Notes: generated from the sequence alone by a model not told the origin. 63,375 nt of DNA, filler included, from Octopus bimaculoides (GCF_001194135.2; 11 parts of 10 records of this genome joined end to end with filler, not necessarily neighbours in it), one strand, 5' to 3'; shown: positions 1 through 12,560, counted from the whole stretch's first letter. A program made the numbers and translations.

Positions 1-960
1 CATAGAAACCTCCAGTTGTCTTCTACATTGTGTGAAGCTATATCCCCCTCTATTTCGTCAAAGGCTTCGAATAATAAGTCTCTGAATCTCGGACCATTTG
101 CAGGATCTTTAAGCTTCCAGACCCTTCTCCTCCGTGCTGGTCATCTTCTGGGCAACCACTTAGCCCTGATCCTGAAGTCACTAACTACTAGTCTATGTTG
201 TGGGATACATTCTTCGCCTGGGAAGGTTTTGGCATTTATAAGCTGCCATCTTTCCCTTTTTCTGGCAAGGATGTAGTCAATTTGGCTAGTGTATCTTCCA
301 GAACGGTAGGTGACTAGGTGACTGGCAGGTTTCCTAAAGTTAGTATTGCAGACTATAAGGTCATTTGCATCACAGAACTCCAGCAGCCTGGTTCCCTCCT
401 CATTGCAGGAACCAAAACCATAGCCTCCATGTACGCCATAGAAGCCCCCTGAATGTTGTCCAACATGACCATTGAAGTCACCAGCCACAAAGAGAAGGTC
501 CCTGTCATTCGTTGATAAGGTAGTCTGCAGGAAGGTGTCATAAAATCGGTCTTTCTGTCCGTTGGGTAGCTCCATCTGAGGGGCATAGGCCGAGATAATG
601 GTTGCTAACCCATGGTAAAGGACTAATCTAATCTTCAGTATTCTATCGCATACTCTAACTACCTCAATTACCTTATCCACCCATTTCTCTGCAAGAAGTA
701 TACTCATGCTCCCGACCCCATCTGTATTCCTTGCCCAGAAAATCTTGTACCTGTGTTCTTTGCCTTTGAGAAACCTGGCGGAACCTCTTCTCCACCTTAC
801 TTCTTGAGACAACAGATATCGACACATCTCCATTCAAACATCTCAACAATCTCACCAGACCTACCTTTCAGTGTGCCGACGTTGAGAGTGCCAACCCTGA
901 GGGTATGGGAGGTATGGGCCCGTGAGACCCTGGGGCGGGGTATAGCAGCGTCATGTACCT
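1..960 (-). mobile_element. RTE-clade LINE 5' part (AP endonuclease), degenerate; continues off the window
   Basis: TLNVGTL..., LQEVRW, ISAYAPQ, GDFNGHVG, NTNF.K, SQIDYIL and H.LVVSD motifs in ORF 141-833; frameshift near 835 and a stop at 141. Confidence 0.9.
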
Positions 961-1815
961 GAAAAGAAAGCTCGCAGTTTGCAGAATGGTAGAAATATAG
1001 AATTGAGAAATAAGGGTTTTCAGCCAGCTAAATCTAAGACAGAATTATAGAGATAAGTGACTATATGAGAAAAGTTAAAACTGAATACTTCAATAACTGA
1101 GTGAATTTGGCAACATCGTTATGGACAACTGAAATGAATTTGACGACATTATAATGAAACGGACAGAATAGTGGAAGCACTAAGTAAGGTGTTACGAATC
1201 AGGGCATAAATAAATAGAAAAGTACGAGCGAGGCTAGAAAGACAGAGAAACTTATCTGATCATGCTTCTATGGTCGTATTAATTCAGCAGATGTTCTAGG
1301 AACAAGTGAAGCAATCGCGTGCGCACGCTAGTTTTATAGACCTGGCGAAGCAAGGGGTTAATTGAAAAAAGGAGAAAAGAGTGAGATCGAGAGAGACAGA
1401 GTAAAGCAGATCAAGGGAGACAGAGTAAAGCAGAGAGGGTTAGACCAGAGACCGAGGGAGATAGAGAGATATTCTTTTGGGAATTCTGTCGCATAGAGAC
1501 AGTAAATATTGAATGGTAGAAATATAGAATTGAGAAATAAGGGTTTTCAGCCAGCTAAATCTAAGACAGAATTATAGAGACAAAGTGACTATGTAAGAAA
1601 AGTTAAAACTGAATACTTCAATAACTGAGTGAATTTCGGCGACATCGTTATGGACAACTGAAATGAATTTGACAACATTATAATGAGACAGACAATATAT
1701 ATATATATATATATANNNNNNNNNNNNNNNNNNNNNNNNNNNNNNNNNNNNNNNNNNNNTTAATTAATTAANNNNNNNNNNNNNNNNNNNNNNNNNNNNN
1801 NNNNNNNNNNNNNNN

Positions 1816-1860
<45 letters not shown>

Positions 1861-2102
1861 TTGTGTGTCTGTGTGTTTCACACTCACCATTGCTTGACAA
1901 CCAATGTTAGTGTGTTTATGTCCCCATAACTTAGTGGTTTGGCAAAAGAGACCAAGTACTAGGCTTACAAAGATTAAGTCCTGGGGTTGATTTGTTCAAC
2001 TAAAGGCAATGCTCCAGCATGGCCACAGTCAAATGACTGAAACAAGTAAAAGAATAAAGGCCAAAAAAAAAAGAAAAAAAAAGGAAGTTAACAGAATCTT
2101 AC

Positions 2103-2278
2103 CAAATTCCGAAGATCTTCAGAGTTTTGTGCAAGTTGAAGCTCATTATTCTTATGGATTTTACTCAGAAATCGTAACAGCAAATGCAGCTTCCTGCGAT
2201 TCGATGGTGGAATTAGTAAGAGTGCCAACTGGACCGCTTGTTTCACTCTTTCTTCATCTGTCATCGACCACACGGCTG
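2103..2278 (-). CDS. DEPDC1: DEPDC1 exon 9 (AVWSMTDEERVKQAVQLALLLIPPSNRRKLHLLLRFLSKIHKNNELQLAQNSEDLRNL); later exons lie beyond the left edge or in a gap
   Basis: TTTCCAG acceptor, GTAAGA donor, phase 1 to 0. Matches LQL..LLLPP.NRRKL.LL.R. Confidence 0.92.
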
Positions 2279-2662
2279 CTGGAAACACAATCATTCACAT
2301 GGATTAGGAAGACCAAAAGAGGAATTTCTTTAACAAAGATACTCACACATCTCTATGGCACTCTCCTGCCTCTGCCTCCTATTCTTCACCTTCTACTTTC
2401 TTTTTCTCACTGCCCTCTTCCCAACAGCATCTCTGATTCCTCAACACCCCTCTCATCTGGCTTACTCTCATGATCTTGCCTTCCACAACTTTCTTTCCTT
2501 CAATGAAGCCCTCAGAATTCCTTTCTATTGATCCCTTTCAGCTCCCTTGCCATCGCACCTATCCACACTCTCCCCTTATAGAATAAAATAACTTTGTCAT
2601 TATTAAGCTGGTTTTTACAACATAAAATGAAGTTTTAATGGAAGATTTTAATTTAGATCACT

Positions 2663-2867
2663 TTAACCCTTTTGTTATCATATTTCTGCTGAAATACACT
2701 GCTTTTGTTTTAATTCAGAAAATAAAGAAGAATTTCATGCCAGGTGTTCAGACCATAAATTAACATGAAATTCTGATGGAAAATTTAAATTTCAATCAAT
2801 TTTAAACAGGAAATTTGTATCCAAGAACTAAGAGCATTTCCAGACAGGTTGGCATCAAAAGGGTGAA
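2663..2867. mobile_element. piggyBac-type MITE (TTAA-CCCTTTTG...CAAAAGGG); related copies at ~6090-6200, 10400-10625, 37260-37580
   Basis: TTAA-flanked CCCTTTTG terminal inverted repeat and shared internal sequence (ttctgctgaaatacact, aaaataactttgtcattatta). Confidence 0.6.
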
Positions 2868-3217
2868 ATATGAAAAGTGAAATTCAGCAGAACAATGATT
2901 CTTTTGGTCAAATGGTTCCTGCAGGAAATCAAAAGTAGCCCCTTGATTCAATTTGCTAGGAACAATTACCATACTGTGTAACTGTTACGGGTACATTAAA
3001 ATAATTATTGTAAACATTAATTACAACAGCAAAGACTACAAAAACTACCACATTGTCTATGTTTAGGACAGATTTACAAAATGACTAAAGTCTAAGTTAA
3101 TGCTAAATAAAAAATCAGACCATGCTACTAACTAATTAATTAAAAACAACTGAAAAAAGTGCAAAAATTACGTACAAGAAAAAGCATTGTTGATCTTCCG
3201 ACCAAATTTATCCAAAC

Positions 3218-4006
3218 CTTCAACAGGGGACAAATTTGGAATATTTGACGTACTGTAAGGTCGTGTTGAATGCAAACGGTCCTGAAATTCTTCCTCATGG
3301 TAGGCAGCTGATTGAGTAAGAGAGGAAGCCTGAAAAGCACGTGTCTGGTAACGAATTTCATTTAATGAGTTTGATTTTTCTTGATTTTCTCCATCTTTCG
3401 TCTTCTGACTGGATATATTCTGTGATTTTGATTTTCTGCTTAGACTAGATTTATTTTGAGGTTTGTTGGACAAAATATCTTTGTTCTTAAATGTATCAAG
3501 GATGTTTAAAGTTTGCTTATCGACACACTTAAGGTGTTGTTCAGATTGCCATCTGGAAGGACTGCTTGATATTGTCTGGAAACCATTCTGATATTCTAAG
3601 TTTGAAACAGACGGTAAACGTGAAAACATGGAACCGCTAAAAGTGGCGCTGGTTTGATTTGGATAATAGTAGACATTAGTGATGGTTTTGTTTTCAGGTC
3701 CAAAAGCAGTTTCGTATCTCAGGAGGGGGATGCTGCCTGTCGATTCACTTTTGATCTTATTTTCCGAAAGATTGCCTCCACCTAAAGAATGACCCCGCAG
3801 ATGCGGAAATGATGAAGAACTCCAAGTAGAAAACAAAGCACGCTGACAGCCGGATTTATTGGAAAGGTGGGACTTCTGGGAGTTGTCGGCAGCATTCGTC
3901 ATATTCAGTAACAAATTGTCGATGGAATCAAATGAAGTCATGCTATGAGCATTATATTTAGCAGATAATGGTGATGAGTGACGAGCATATCTGGAGTCAG
4001 CCATGA
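3218..4006 (-). CDS. DEPDC1: DEPDC1 exon 8, large Ser/Asn/Lys-rich insert (VMADSRYARHSS...LSPVE)
   Basis: Long polypyrimidine tract + TTCAG acceptor inside ORF 3168-4127, with 260+ open codons. The best phase-1 donor is GAAG|GTTTGG at ~3218; the 3' border is less certain. Confidence 0.75.
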
Positions 4007-4469
4007 CTGAACCAAAAAGTATAAAAAGAAAAAAGAAACATGCAAAAAAAAATGTCAAGAACATGCAATTAGGTTTGATGAAGGAAAACATTGCAACAAG
4101 GAATTCAATTTGATAGAGCAGATTCATTGAAAATATTGTTTGTTTACTCTGAGTGGTCTCTAGTCATATCATGATGATGTTTATGACAACACACACTTTC
4201 AATCTCCAATTTTTCATGCTTGGATGGGTTTTGGAAGGAATGCAACAAGACAGATTTTCTATGGCTGGATGCTCTTCCAGTCACCAACCCTCAAATGTTT
4301 CCAAGGTAATGCTTCCGCCAAACCAGAAGACTGGAAACAAAAATGGTTCCTTTTGTATGACTCATGCTTGTTTGCAACTCTCATGCAATGTTAAGACATG
4401 GAGACACTAATACAAACATGCAACCATGCGCACTCTGTCTCCACCTCCCATACACACACACACACAAAA

Positions 4470-4625
4470 GATTTCTTTCAGATTTCACCTGCTAAATCCA
4501 CTCACAAGGTTTTAATTGGCTTAAGGGGTAACAGAAGACACTTGTCCAAGTTTTCATGCAATGGAACTGGACCAAAATTTCTGTGGTTGGGAACCAACTT
4601 CTTAACCACACAGCCATGCTTGTGC
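4470..4625 (-). mobile_element. tRNA-derived SINE family A, 5' half (further copies: 7100+, 8590+, 11215-, 12615+, 15290-, 26200-, 32370+, 34940+, 35715-, 37040-, 37910+, 57700+)
   Basis: Recurrent consensus ggctgtgtggtaagaagcttgcttcccaaccac...ggttcagtcccactg...ggcaccttgggcaagtgtcttctactatagc...gtggatttggtagacggaaactgaaagaagcc, with a Pol III box-like head. Confidence 0.85.
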
Positions 4626-4693
4626 TTATACATATAGCATAAAGGCAATAATGGCTGTAAACAAAGGCTATGTGTATATGTATGTGTGTGTGT

Positions 4694-4938
4694 GTTAAAT
4701 AAAATGAGAGCCAAGGCTGTGTGGAATTTATAAAGAGAAAGGTATTCTTACAGCTGATTCTGGGATATTAGGGATATTCCTTCATCAGAGACGATATGAG
4801 AGAGAGTCCCCTCTAGTTAACTCTCTCATATCGTCTCTGATGAAGGGATATCCCTAATATCCCAGAATCAGCTGTAAGAATACCTTTCTCTTTATAAATT
4901 CCCCACAGCCTTGGCTTTGTTGTCTCATTTCATTTAAC
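4694..4938. repeat. Long inverted repeat (two ~95-110-bp arms, ~14-nt loop) of a Penelope-like, hammerhead-containing end
   Basis: Arms 4710-4806 and ~4820-4916 are reverse complements with 2 mismatches; pairing extends outward past a 7-nt bulge. Confidence 0.9.
4834..4879 (+). ncRNA. Minimal type-I hammerhead-ribozyme-like motif (variant GAAUC); mirror copy at 4746-4791 (-)
   Basis: TCT-CTGATGA-A-GGGATAT/ATATCCC-A-GAATC-AGCT-GTA-AGA gives stem I, core, stem II, palindromic stem III and a GUA triplet. One core base deviates from GAAAC. Confidence 0.55.
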
Positions 4939-5253
4939 ATATACATGCTCACACAAGACCCACATTAGACTCCTCAGTATCAAACCCAGAGTGTAACTAC
5001 AGTCCTCCCGTACCACTTATATAGCCTTACCTGCCACCTTGGGTCTTCTGGATATCAATGGCCGTAAGGAACTAGAACCTACTGTCAATCTGATCGTTTA
5101 CTCTTTTTTTCTGTAATATTAGTACATATGTGTGCAACACATACTTATTACACGTGTATATATTCTTCTAATACTTTGGAATAAATAGACATACTAGAAT
5201 GTCTACCAGCTGATGTATGTCATTTTTGTATCCTCTCCATTTTCTTATTTGCC

Positions 5254-5314
<61 letters not shown>

Positions 5315-6789
5315 CATATTAGTGGTAGCATATTCTATTGTAAAATAACTCAAGTAATGAATAAATAGAAAAGAAACAAAGGACATGCATTTTCTGCTGT
5401 ATCGTAGGAAACTAAAATGAAGCCATGAAACAAGCCAACTGTCACTGACCATGATGCTCTAAATTATATTTGGAAGCAGAGTTTATATCAAAAGATTCCC
5501 ACATGTAAACCTCATGCAACATGAATGGTAGCATATTTTACATTAAAACACAGAGAAAAGTTCATTGCCATGCTTGAGACAGTGACTAATCTACTTACAA
5601 CAGAAACATAATTTTACTAATTACGTTTTTAAATAGGGAAAATGGGAAAAGAAAAATAAAGTTGAAAAAAAAACAGCAAAGCATAATATAGTGAATAAGG
5701 GAAGTAACTCTGCAAAACACATTTCACTCTAAGAATTGGGCGACAAAAACAATTTATTGATTCATAAAGAAAACTCGCTGAAAAATAAATCATCATTCAG
5801 TAACTTAATTAAAAATATGGAGTTGATTATCTTTCATTTTTACAGGTTAGGTACGAATTTAATTCAGCATTACTATCTAATAAAACGCAATTCTTGCAAC
5901 AGAAAAACTGTATCTTTTCATAGTATTTGCTTTCAGCTAGGTGGGACTGAACTACGATTCAGAAGTTAAATGACTTGATTTCGGACAAATACCAACACTC
6001 AGAATTGTTTTGCCAGTCAGTTGCATCTTGGAACACAAAGCAGCAGAAAACAAGCAACAATATGGGTTGTGTTCATCTTGTTTCTATTATAAAACCCTTT
6101 GTTACAATATTTCTGTTGAAATACTTTGCTATTGTTTTAACTGATTTTTAAAATAATGAAGAATTTAGTAAAATAACTTTGTTATTATTAAGATGGTAGT
6201 GGAGAAATATCATAGCCATGTGTTTAGAGGAATTCTTTGGGGTTTGAATAATTCACCCCTGGAAACATGGCTGTTTCATTCATCATCCTTAAACAAACCT
6301 CATTCAGGGACCATTTGAGTGGGATGGGCTACTTGACCTGAAGAAAATTCTAACTGGGCCCCACCTGCAAGGTCATGTGCTGTTTATCTTGATATGAGAT
6401 CACCATGTCGCACACATAGGGTTGTGATGCAAGTGCCTGGTCTACCCTTATCGGATGGGTGGTCATGATGGGCATACTGGGCTTCGTATATTTGTATCCC
6501 AGTGTCACTTCGATGGAATGCACTGCTCCCTCACTCAATAATAATGGTTTCAAATTTTGTCACAAGGGCAGCTTGAGGAGGGGATTAAGTTGATTACATC
6601 GACCCCAGTGTTTCACTGGTGCTTAGTTTATCGACTCCGAAAGGATGAAAGGCAAAGGCAACCTTGGAGGAATTTGAACTCAGAACGTAGCGAAATACTG
6701 CTAAGCATTCTGTCCAGCGTGCTAACTATTCTGCCAGCTCACCACCTTGATAATAAAGATAATAATAGCATAAAAATGTGAAAGCTTAC

Positions 6790-6930
6790 CAAATACATTG
6801 GTGATAGTTTCATATAAGGAATGAGTTAGCAAAGGTTCAGTGAGGCCTTGGAAATATTCACTGACTGCACGGAAGACATCTTTCTCAAAACCTGGATATA
6901 TAGCAAAGTTATCGTCCACTTTATTTGGCC
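6790..6930 (-). CDS. DEPDC1: DEPDC1 exon 7, RhoGAP-like region (WPNKVDDNFAIYPGFEKDVFRAVSEYFQGLTEPLLTHSLYETITNVF)
   Basis: TTTGCAG acceptor, GTAAGC donor, phase 1 to 1. Matches Y.GFERDVF.....YF..L.EPLLT...YE. Confidence 0.93.
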
Positions 6931-7261
6931 CTGCAAAGGAAGAGTTTATGAGAAAACCTATTTATTGAATTATTAATAATAAGAAATTGTTAATTATTTG
7001 TAAGAATTCATAAATTAAATCATCATCATTTTAAAATTCCCATTTCCATCAGTCCGACGCTCTTCTGATTGACAACTGTCACTTATTTCCTTAAACAGGG
7101 TTGGCCAGGCGCTGCCATGCAGTTATAAGTTTGCTTCCCAACCACATGGTTTCCAGTTCAGTTCCATTGCATGACACATTAGGAAAGTGTTTTAAACTAT
7201 AGCCCTGGGCCAACCAAAGAGTTGTCAGTGAATATGACAGATGGAAACTAAAAGAAGCCCA

Positions 7262-7300
<39 letters not shown>

Positions 7301-8436
7301 AGGGTGTTGAAAAGTTCATGGCTTTAAGTGTATTATGAAAGGCCCGGTTGGAGGTGCAACCTTCCAAGTTCTTTTACAGAGCTTAGACAAACTGAAGGAC
7401 CACTGAATATGAGTGTGATGTTAGGAAGGGCATCCAGCCATAGAAAACCATGCCAAATCAGACTGGAGTCTGGTGCAGCCTTCCAGTGTGCCAGCCCAGT
7501 CAAACTGTCCAACCCATGCCAGCATGGACAATGGACGTTAAATGATGATGACTCGTATAAGTGTGTGTGTGTGTGTGTGTGTATTACTGTCTCCTTGCCT
7601 TGATATTGTGTGATAGTTGTGAATGCCACTATCATGCAAGCAGTATCCTTTGTTTCATGTCTTCCAAGACACATGTGCCATGTGGAAATATTACCTGGAA
7701 ACAAGTGAGGGCTGGTAACAGGAAGGGCATCTGGCCATAGAAAATCTGCCCCAACAAATTCCTTGCAACCCATTTAAACCATGATGATCTATACATAGAT
7801 ATTAGTTATGTAGGAATATGATGGGCTTCTTTCATCCCAACCCACTGAGGCAGGTTGGGATGAAAAGGTTTAAGCAACCAGTCTTTATTATGAAAATAAC
7901 AAGCAATTTCTACAAATAAATCACCACCATCATTTAATGCCCGTTTTCCATGCTGGTATGGGTTGGATGGTTTGACAAGAACTGGTAAGGCTGTTCAGGC
8001 TGTTCGGGCTCCATGTCTGTTTTGGCATGGTGTTCTATGACTGGATGCCCTTCCTAACGCCAACCACTTTACAGACTGCACTGGGTTGCTTTGACACAGC
8101 ACCCGCATGGGTGTGTTTTTAACATGACACCTGCACCTACAAGTCCACAAGATTAGGGATGCTCAGCTGGAGAGGGTTGCAGGGGACAAGCCTGTATTCA
8201 AGGACAACCACTTTTACTTAGCTTGACATGTCTTCTTAAGCACAGCAAACTGCCAGGAGTCTCAGTCAACCCCTCTGTGAGTCCCAGAATAAGGAGATAA
8301 TGATTCAGAATGAAGGGCTTTAAACAAAACAATGTCATAAGGCATAGCTTAGGTCTTTGCTCACAGGAGTAAAGAAATCTGATATATTAATGCAGAAATT
8401 AAGAAACATTAAAGGAGCCAAAAAGATTAAACTTAC

Positions 8437-8484
8437 AATGGACGAGACACTTCATTGCAGACAGGATCCAATGTGGAAGCTGGT
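8437..8484 (-). CDS. DEPDC1: DEPDC1 exon 6 (DQLPHWILSAMKCLVH)
   Basis: 48-nt exon with TTTCAG acceptor and GTAAGT donor, phase 1 to 1. Matches the DEPDC1 motif DLPHWVLSAMKCL. Confidence 0.93.
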
Positions 8485-9858
8485 CTGAAAGTGAAATAAA
8501 AAGAAATTTTATTGTAATTCAAATACATTGGAAATAAGAAATAATGTTATCTCGGAATAAATATTGAATTACAATAGAAAATAAAAGGAACAGACTTGGT
8601 TGTGTGGTAAGGAGTTTGGATCGCAACCACATGGTTATGGGTTCGGTCCCACCATGTGGCACCTTGGGCAAGTGTCTTCTATTATAGCCCTGAGCTGACT
8701 GAAGGCTCATGAGTGGATTCAGTAGATACACAGTGGAGGAGACCTGTCATATATATACTTGTTGTTGTTTGTTCCTTCTCGGGCCATACCTGGCTCATAA
8801 GGGCCAGTTTCCCAGTCTCGTTGGCATATAGGTTCCCCACCCGGAGGGATGCTGGTCCATCGCAGGTGAGATGCTAGATGCAGGAGGAAAGAGTGAAAGA
8901 AAGTTGTGGTGAAAGAGTCAGCAGAAGTTCACCATTACCTTCTACCAGAGTCACATGGAACTTAGGTGTTTCGCTCATAAACATTGCCCAGTCTGAGATT
9001 TGAACCCATGATCCCTCGACTGTGAGTCCACTGCTCTAACAACTAGGCCATGTGCCTCCACTTATATCTTTATTTTGCTACATATGGATTTCACTGGATT
9101 CTTCTGTTGATGAAAAATCACTCCAGTACACCATGATGTTTGAACCTTTTTGATTTCTTCATATTCCTTTCTGTTGAAGAGCATAGGCTTGAAGCATATA
9201 AAAGACTTTCTCACCTTCCTGAGTGTCAAACTAATACACCTGCTTGTTGTTTATACACCTGTTTTCGAATTTTGTCTTTTTGTAAATTTCAACTATTTGT
9301 ATATGTGCATGTGTGTGTGTGAGAAGGAGAGCATCCCTTGTTGACTTGCCACCCCATGGTGGTTGTAAAAAAGGTGCATCAGCATCAGTCAGTGATCATC
9401 GTTTCTAGTTTTCCATGGAAACAGAGGTCCACTTCATTTAGAAACAAGTGGAGATTGGCAACAAAGCAGGCATCAACCAAATCAGTCTGCCCCTAGGCAA
9501 GCATGGAAAAGTGGACATTAAAACAATGATGATGCGATGCCTTTGTTAGATTTTGATGGAAATGAAAACCAAAAAATGTTCTTAGTTAGGAAACAAAACA
9601 TTTTTATGCAAAACCCAGAGTTTATTCTCTGCCAATCTTTATGTTGAAGGGTCGCCAACTACTCATTTGCTAATTATCTCCCTTGTTTGCGAGGGAGGGG
9701 GTTGCTTCTCATAATTTAAACATTTCTGGAGTGAGTGTTTACCTACTAATAGCAACGATCATAGTTTTTTCAACTGTCCACATCACATACGTGAGATCTT
9801 ATACACATAATTAATATATACAAAATACTCTACCAACATATTTTCCCTCAACTCCATG

Positions 9859-9889
<31 letters not shown>

Positions 9890-10040
9890 AGGATATAAAG
9901 ATACAATATAAATATATCATATACATATATATATATGTATGTATATATATATATCTGTTAAAATGAGATATCAGTGTTATTTTCATTTTTGTGAAATTTA
10001 GAGAACAATCTATTCACCGCATCCTGTATATGTGTGTATT

Positions 10041-10093
<53 letters not shown>

Positions 10094-10774
10094 CAAATAG
10101 TAAATGAGTATATGCATATATACGTACAGGTATGTGCATACCGACATCCACCTGTATGTATAGGTGCATATCTAGGTACAGGACATTGCAAACAAAACAT
10201 AGACGAGAAAACACACAAGCCACATAGAGAACATTCTACTTCATCAGCTACCCCCGTTTTAACACCGGTGTTTTGAAGAGCTGGGCAGGACGCATCGTTA
10301 AAACGGCTCTTCTCATGGACCGCAAATTAAATTTGTATACACAAATTAAATCTTGCCATGGAGGAATGTAGTGGCGGACATATATATATATGATATACTT
10401 AACACTTTTCTTCTCATATTTCTGTTGAAATGTAGACATTTTATTTCAATTAATTTTGAAAATGATGAAGAAATTTGAAAAATAATTTTGTCATTGATGT
10501 TTGGAACATAAATTAACATGAAATTTTGATGAAAGATGTTAAATTTAGATCACTTTAAAACAAGAAATCTGTATCGTAGAACGAAAGGCAGTCTCAGATG
10601 TGTTGATGTCAAAAGGGTTCAAGTTGTCTCTTCAGTGTCTTAAAAAGCTTTTCATAACTATGTTAGAATGTCTTTTACAGGAATCTTCAGAGATAGCTTG
10701 ACAGATACATTTTAAGGAAAGTATGATCAAAAAAAAAAAAGAAAAAAAAGAAAAAGAAAAACAGTGCAACTAAC

Positions 10775-10905
10775 CTTTAGTATTTACATTACCAACCACC
10801 CCACTTTTATTTACATAAAGACAATTGTGCATTATATGCCGACCATTTACCAATGAAGCATCCAAGAATTCTTCCAAAGTGTTGTAACCAATTGTCTTTT
10901 GCAAC
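10775..10905 (-). CDS. DEPDC1: DEPDC1 exon 5 (LQKTIGYNTLEEFLDASLVNGRHIMHNCLYVNKSGVVGNVNTK)
   Basis: TTTCAG acceptor, AAG|GTTAGT donor, phase 2 to 1. Similar to human LQ.ILG..SLEE.....V....IM.N....K.GVV. Confidence 0.88.
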
Positions 10906-12338
10906 CTGAAACCAAAATTTAAATTGATATGTAAATGGAATCAAGGCAGATCAGAACTTCAGATGAAAGAAGTAAAATTAATTTTTAAGGTGTATTTGCT
11001 TAGCAAGGAGCTAAATTTGAGGCATTACGTTGAAACTAAAACAATTATAGCAACAATTTATTTCTCACCTCATCAGAGTCATTATTAAAAACGTAATAGA
11101 TACAATTGTGGCCATGGGGTTTTGGTACCGTGTGGTCGAGAAGGCACGGACACTGTTGGTTGGTGACTTCTACTATCAGCATGGGGTGACCAATGTCCAG
11201 GACCTTGTGAATGAAATTTGGTAAACAGAAACTTGAAGAAGCTCATTCACACAGACACAAAGACACACACGCAGTTTCCATTTACCAAATCCACTTGCAG
11301 GGCTTTGGTCATCTCGTGGCTTTAGTAGAAGACACTTGCCGAAGGTGCCACAGAGTGAGACTGAACCTGGAACCATGTGGTTGGGAAACAAGCTTCTTAT
11401 CAGAGTCATGCATGTGCCTATATGCATATACCACACACACACACAGATAGATAGATGTAGTTAGACAGGCAGGCAGACAGACACACACATAGATACAGGC
11501 ATGACTAAGCAATAACGAAATTTGCTTTGCAACCAAATACATCCATGCCCCAGTCACTGATACAACTCCACTGCAACTGCATTGCATGGCTCAGATGGCT
11601 TTTCCAGGATGTAATGGTTCAAATCAAATTTGCAATATTAAAATAATTAAAAAGAAATTTCTATTTTAAATATCCTCTTTGGGGGAAAAAAAGAAGAGAA
11701 AAACTCATCAAAAGTAACAACAAATAATTATTCAAATTAAAACTCATTTTCTTGGGATTGAGAATGTTTTCTAACATTATTTATGTATTTATCTAGGTAC
11801 CTTTTTTTTGTTGGCTAAAATAGATATTGAAAATTTACCAAGCATCTTAGTCAATGAATTACTGCATAAAAGAGAAATGGTCGTATTAGTCACACACCAA
11901 GTTCAGCAGCACTTATTCAGAGGGAAAAAAAAATGTTATAGTACATGACAGCATGTAATATAAACCCAAATTTGCACTTAGGGCCCAGGGTGATCGTGGA
12001 AAAAAGTACATCTCATATGCCATTATATTCATTAACATACCATTAATTTTAACTCCAAAAGTGGGTCATCTGTGCTAAACTTATCATGACGCTATTCAGT
12101 ATATGTACAAAGATAAAAATGCTGATAGGTGATCAATAGGTTCAATATATGAGCAAGTCAATCACAAAATGAAACATCTTGGGAAAGAAGGTGAAGTATT
12201 CAGACTTCTTTTTTTTTTTTAATGTTTGTATCTTTTGTGAAGTTTTCCAAACAAAATGAAGTTATGTCTTCAAGATTGGAACAACCTCAATGGCATGAAA
12301 TAGGATAAATAATTCAGACATTAAACAAATTCACAAAC

Positions 12339-12560
12339 CGGTGTAATGTGACCATTCTCCAAACAGCTTCCATTGATTCCAAAGACAAAGGTTTGGCAAC
12401 AAGATGACATTTAGGTATTGCAAGAGATTTGAATTTGGAGGTCGTTTTAGATTTTTCACTTTTTGATAGAACTGTCTTCTGTCCTGGTGCAGCATTCATT
12501 AAATCCATTCGTGCACTAAGAGGCACACGAGAATCTTTTGCTGGAGAACTTTGGTTGAAT
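12339..12560 (-). CDS. DEPDC1: DEPDC1 exon 4 (FNQSSPAKDSRVP...KPLSLESMEAVWRMVTLHR)
   Basis: TTCTAG acceptor, GTTTGT donor, 222 nt, phase 2 to 2. Overlaps ORF 12314-12526. Its end resembles human LS.E.VE.VWR.V.L. Confidence 0.87.

Noticed and set aside
1716-1815. TTAATTAATTAA island centred in ~100-bp N runs, repeated about ten times (also 28283, 30126, 43189, 44742, 54301, 56659, 58235, 59570, 60990)
   Set aside because: It has identical placement inside gaps and puts stops in all six frames. It is an assembler spacer, not a biological repeat or CRISPR-like array.
4007-4127. N-terminal extension of ORF 3168-4127 as a stand-alone 319-aa gene
   Set aside because: The Phe-rich start is the intronic polypyrimidine tract. 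The ORF fits as an internal DEPDC1 exon.
10248-10439. ORF near DEPDC1 exon 5 as an extra exon
   Set aside because: Exons 5 and 6 already join in frame with the expected spacing. The segment contains a CCGTTTTAAC/GTTAAAACGG inverted repeat typical of a small DNA element.
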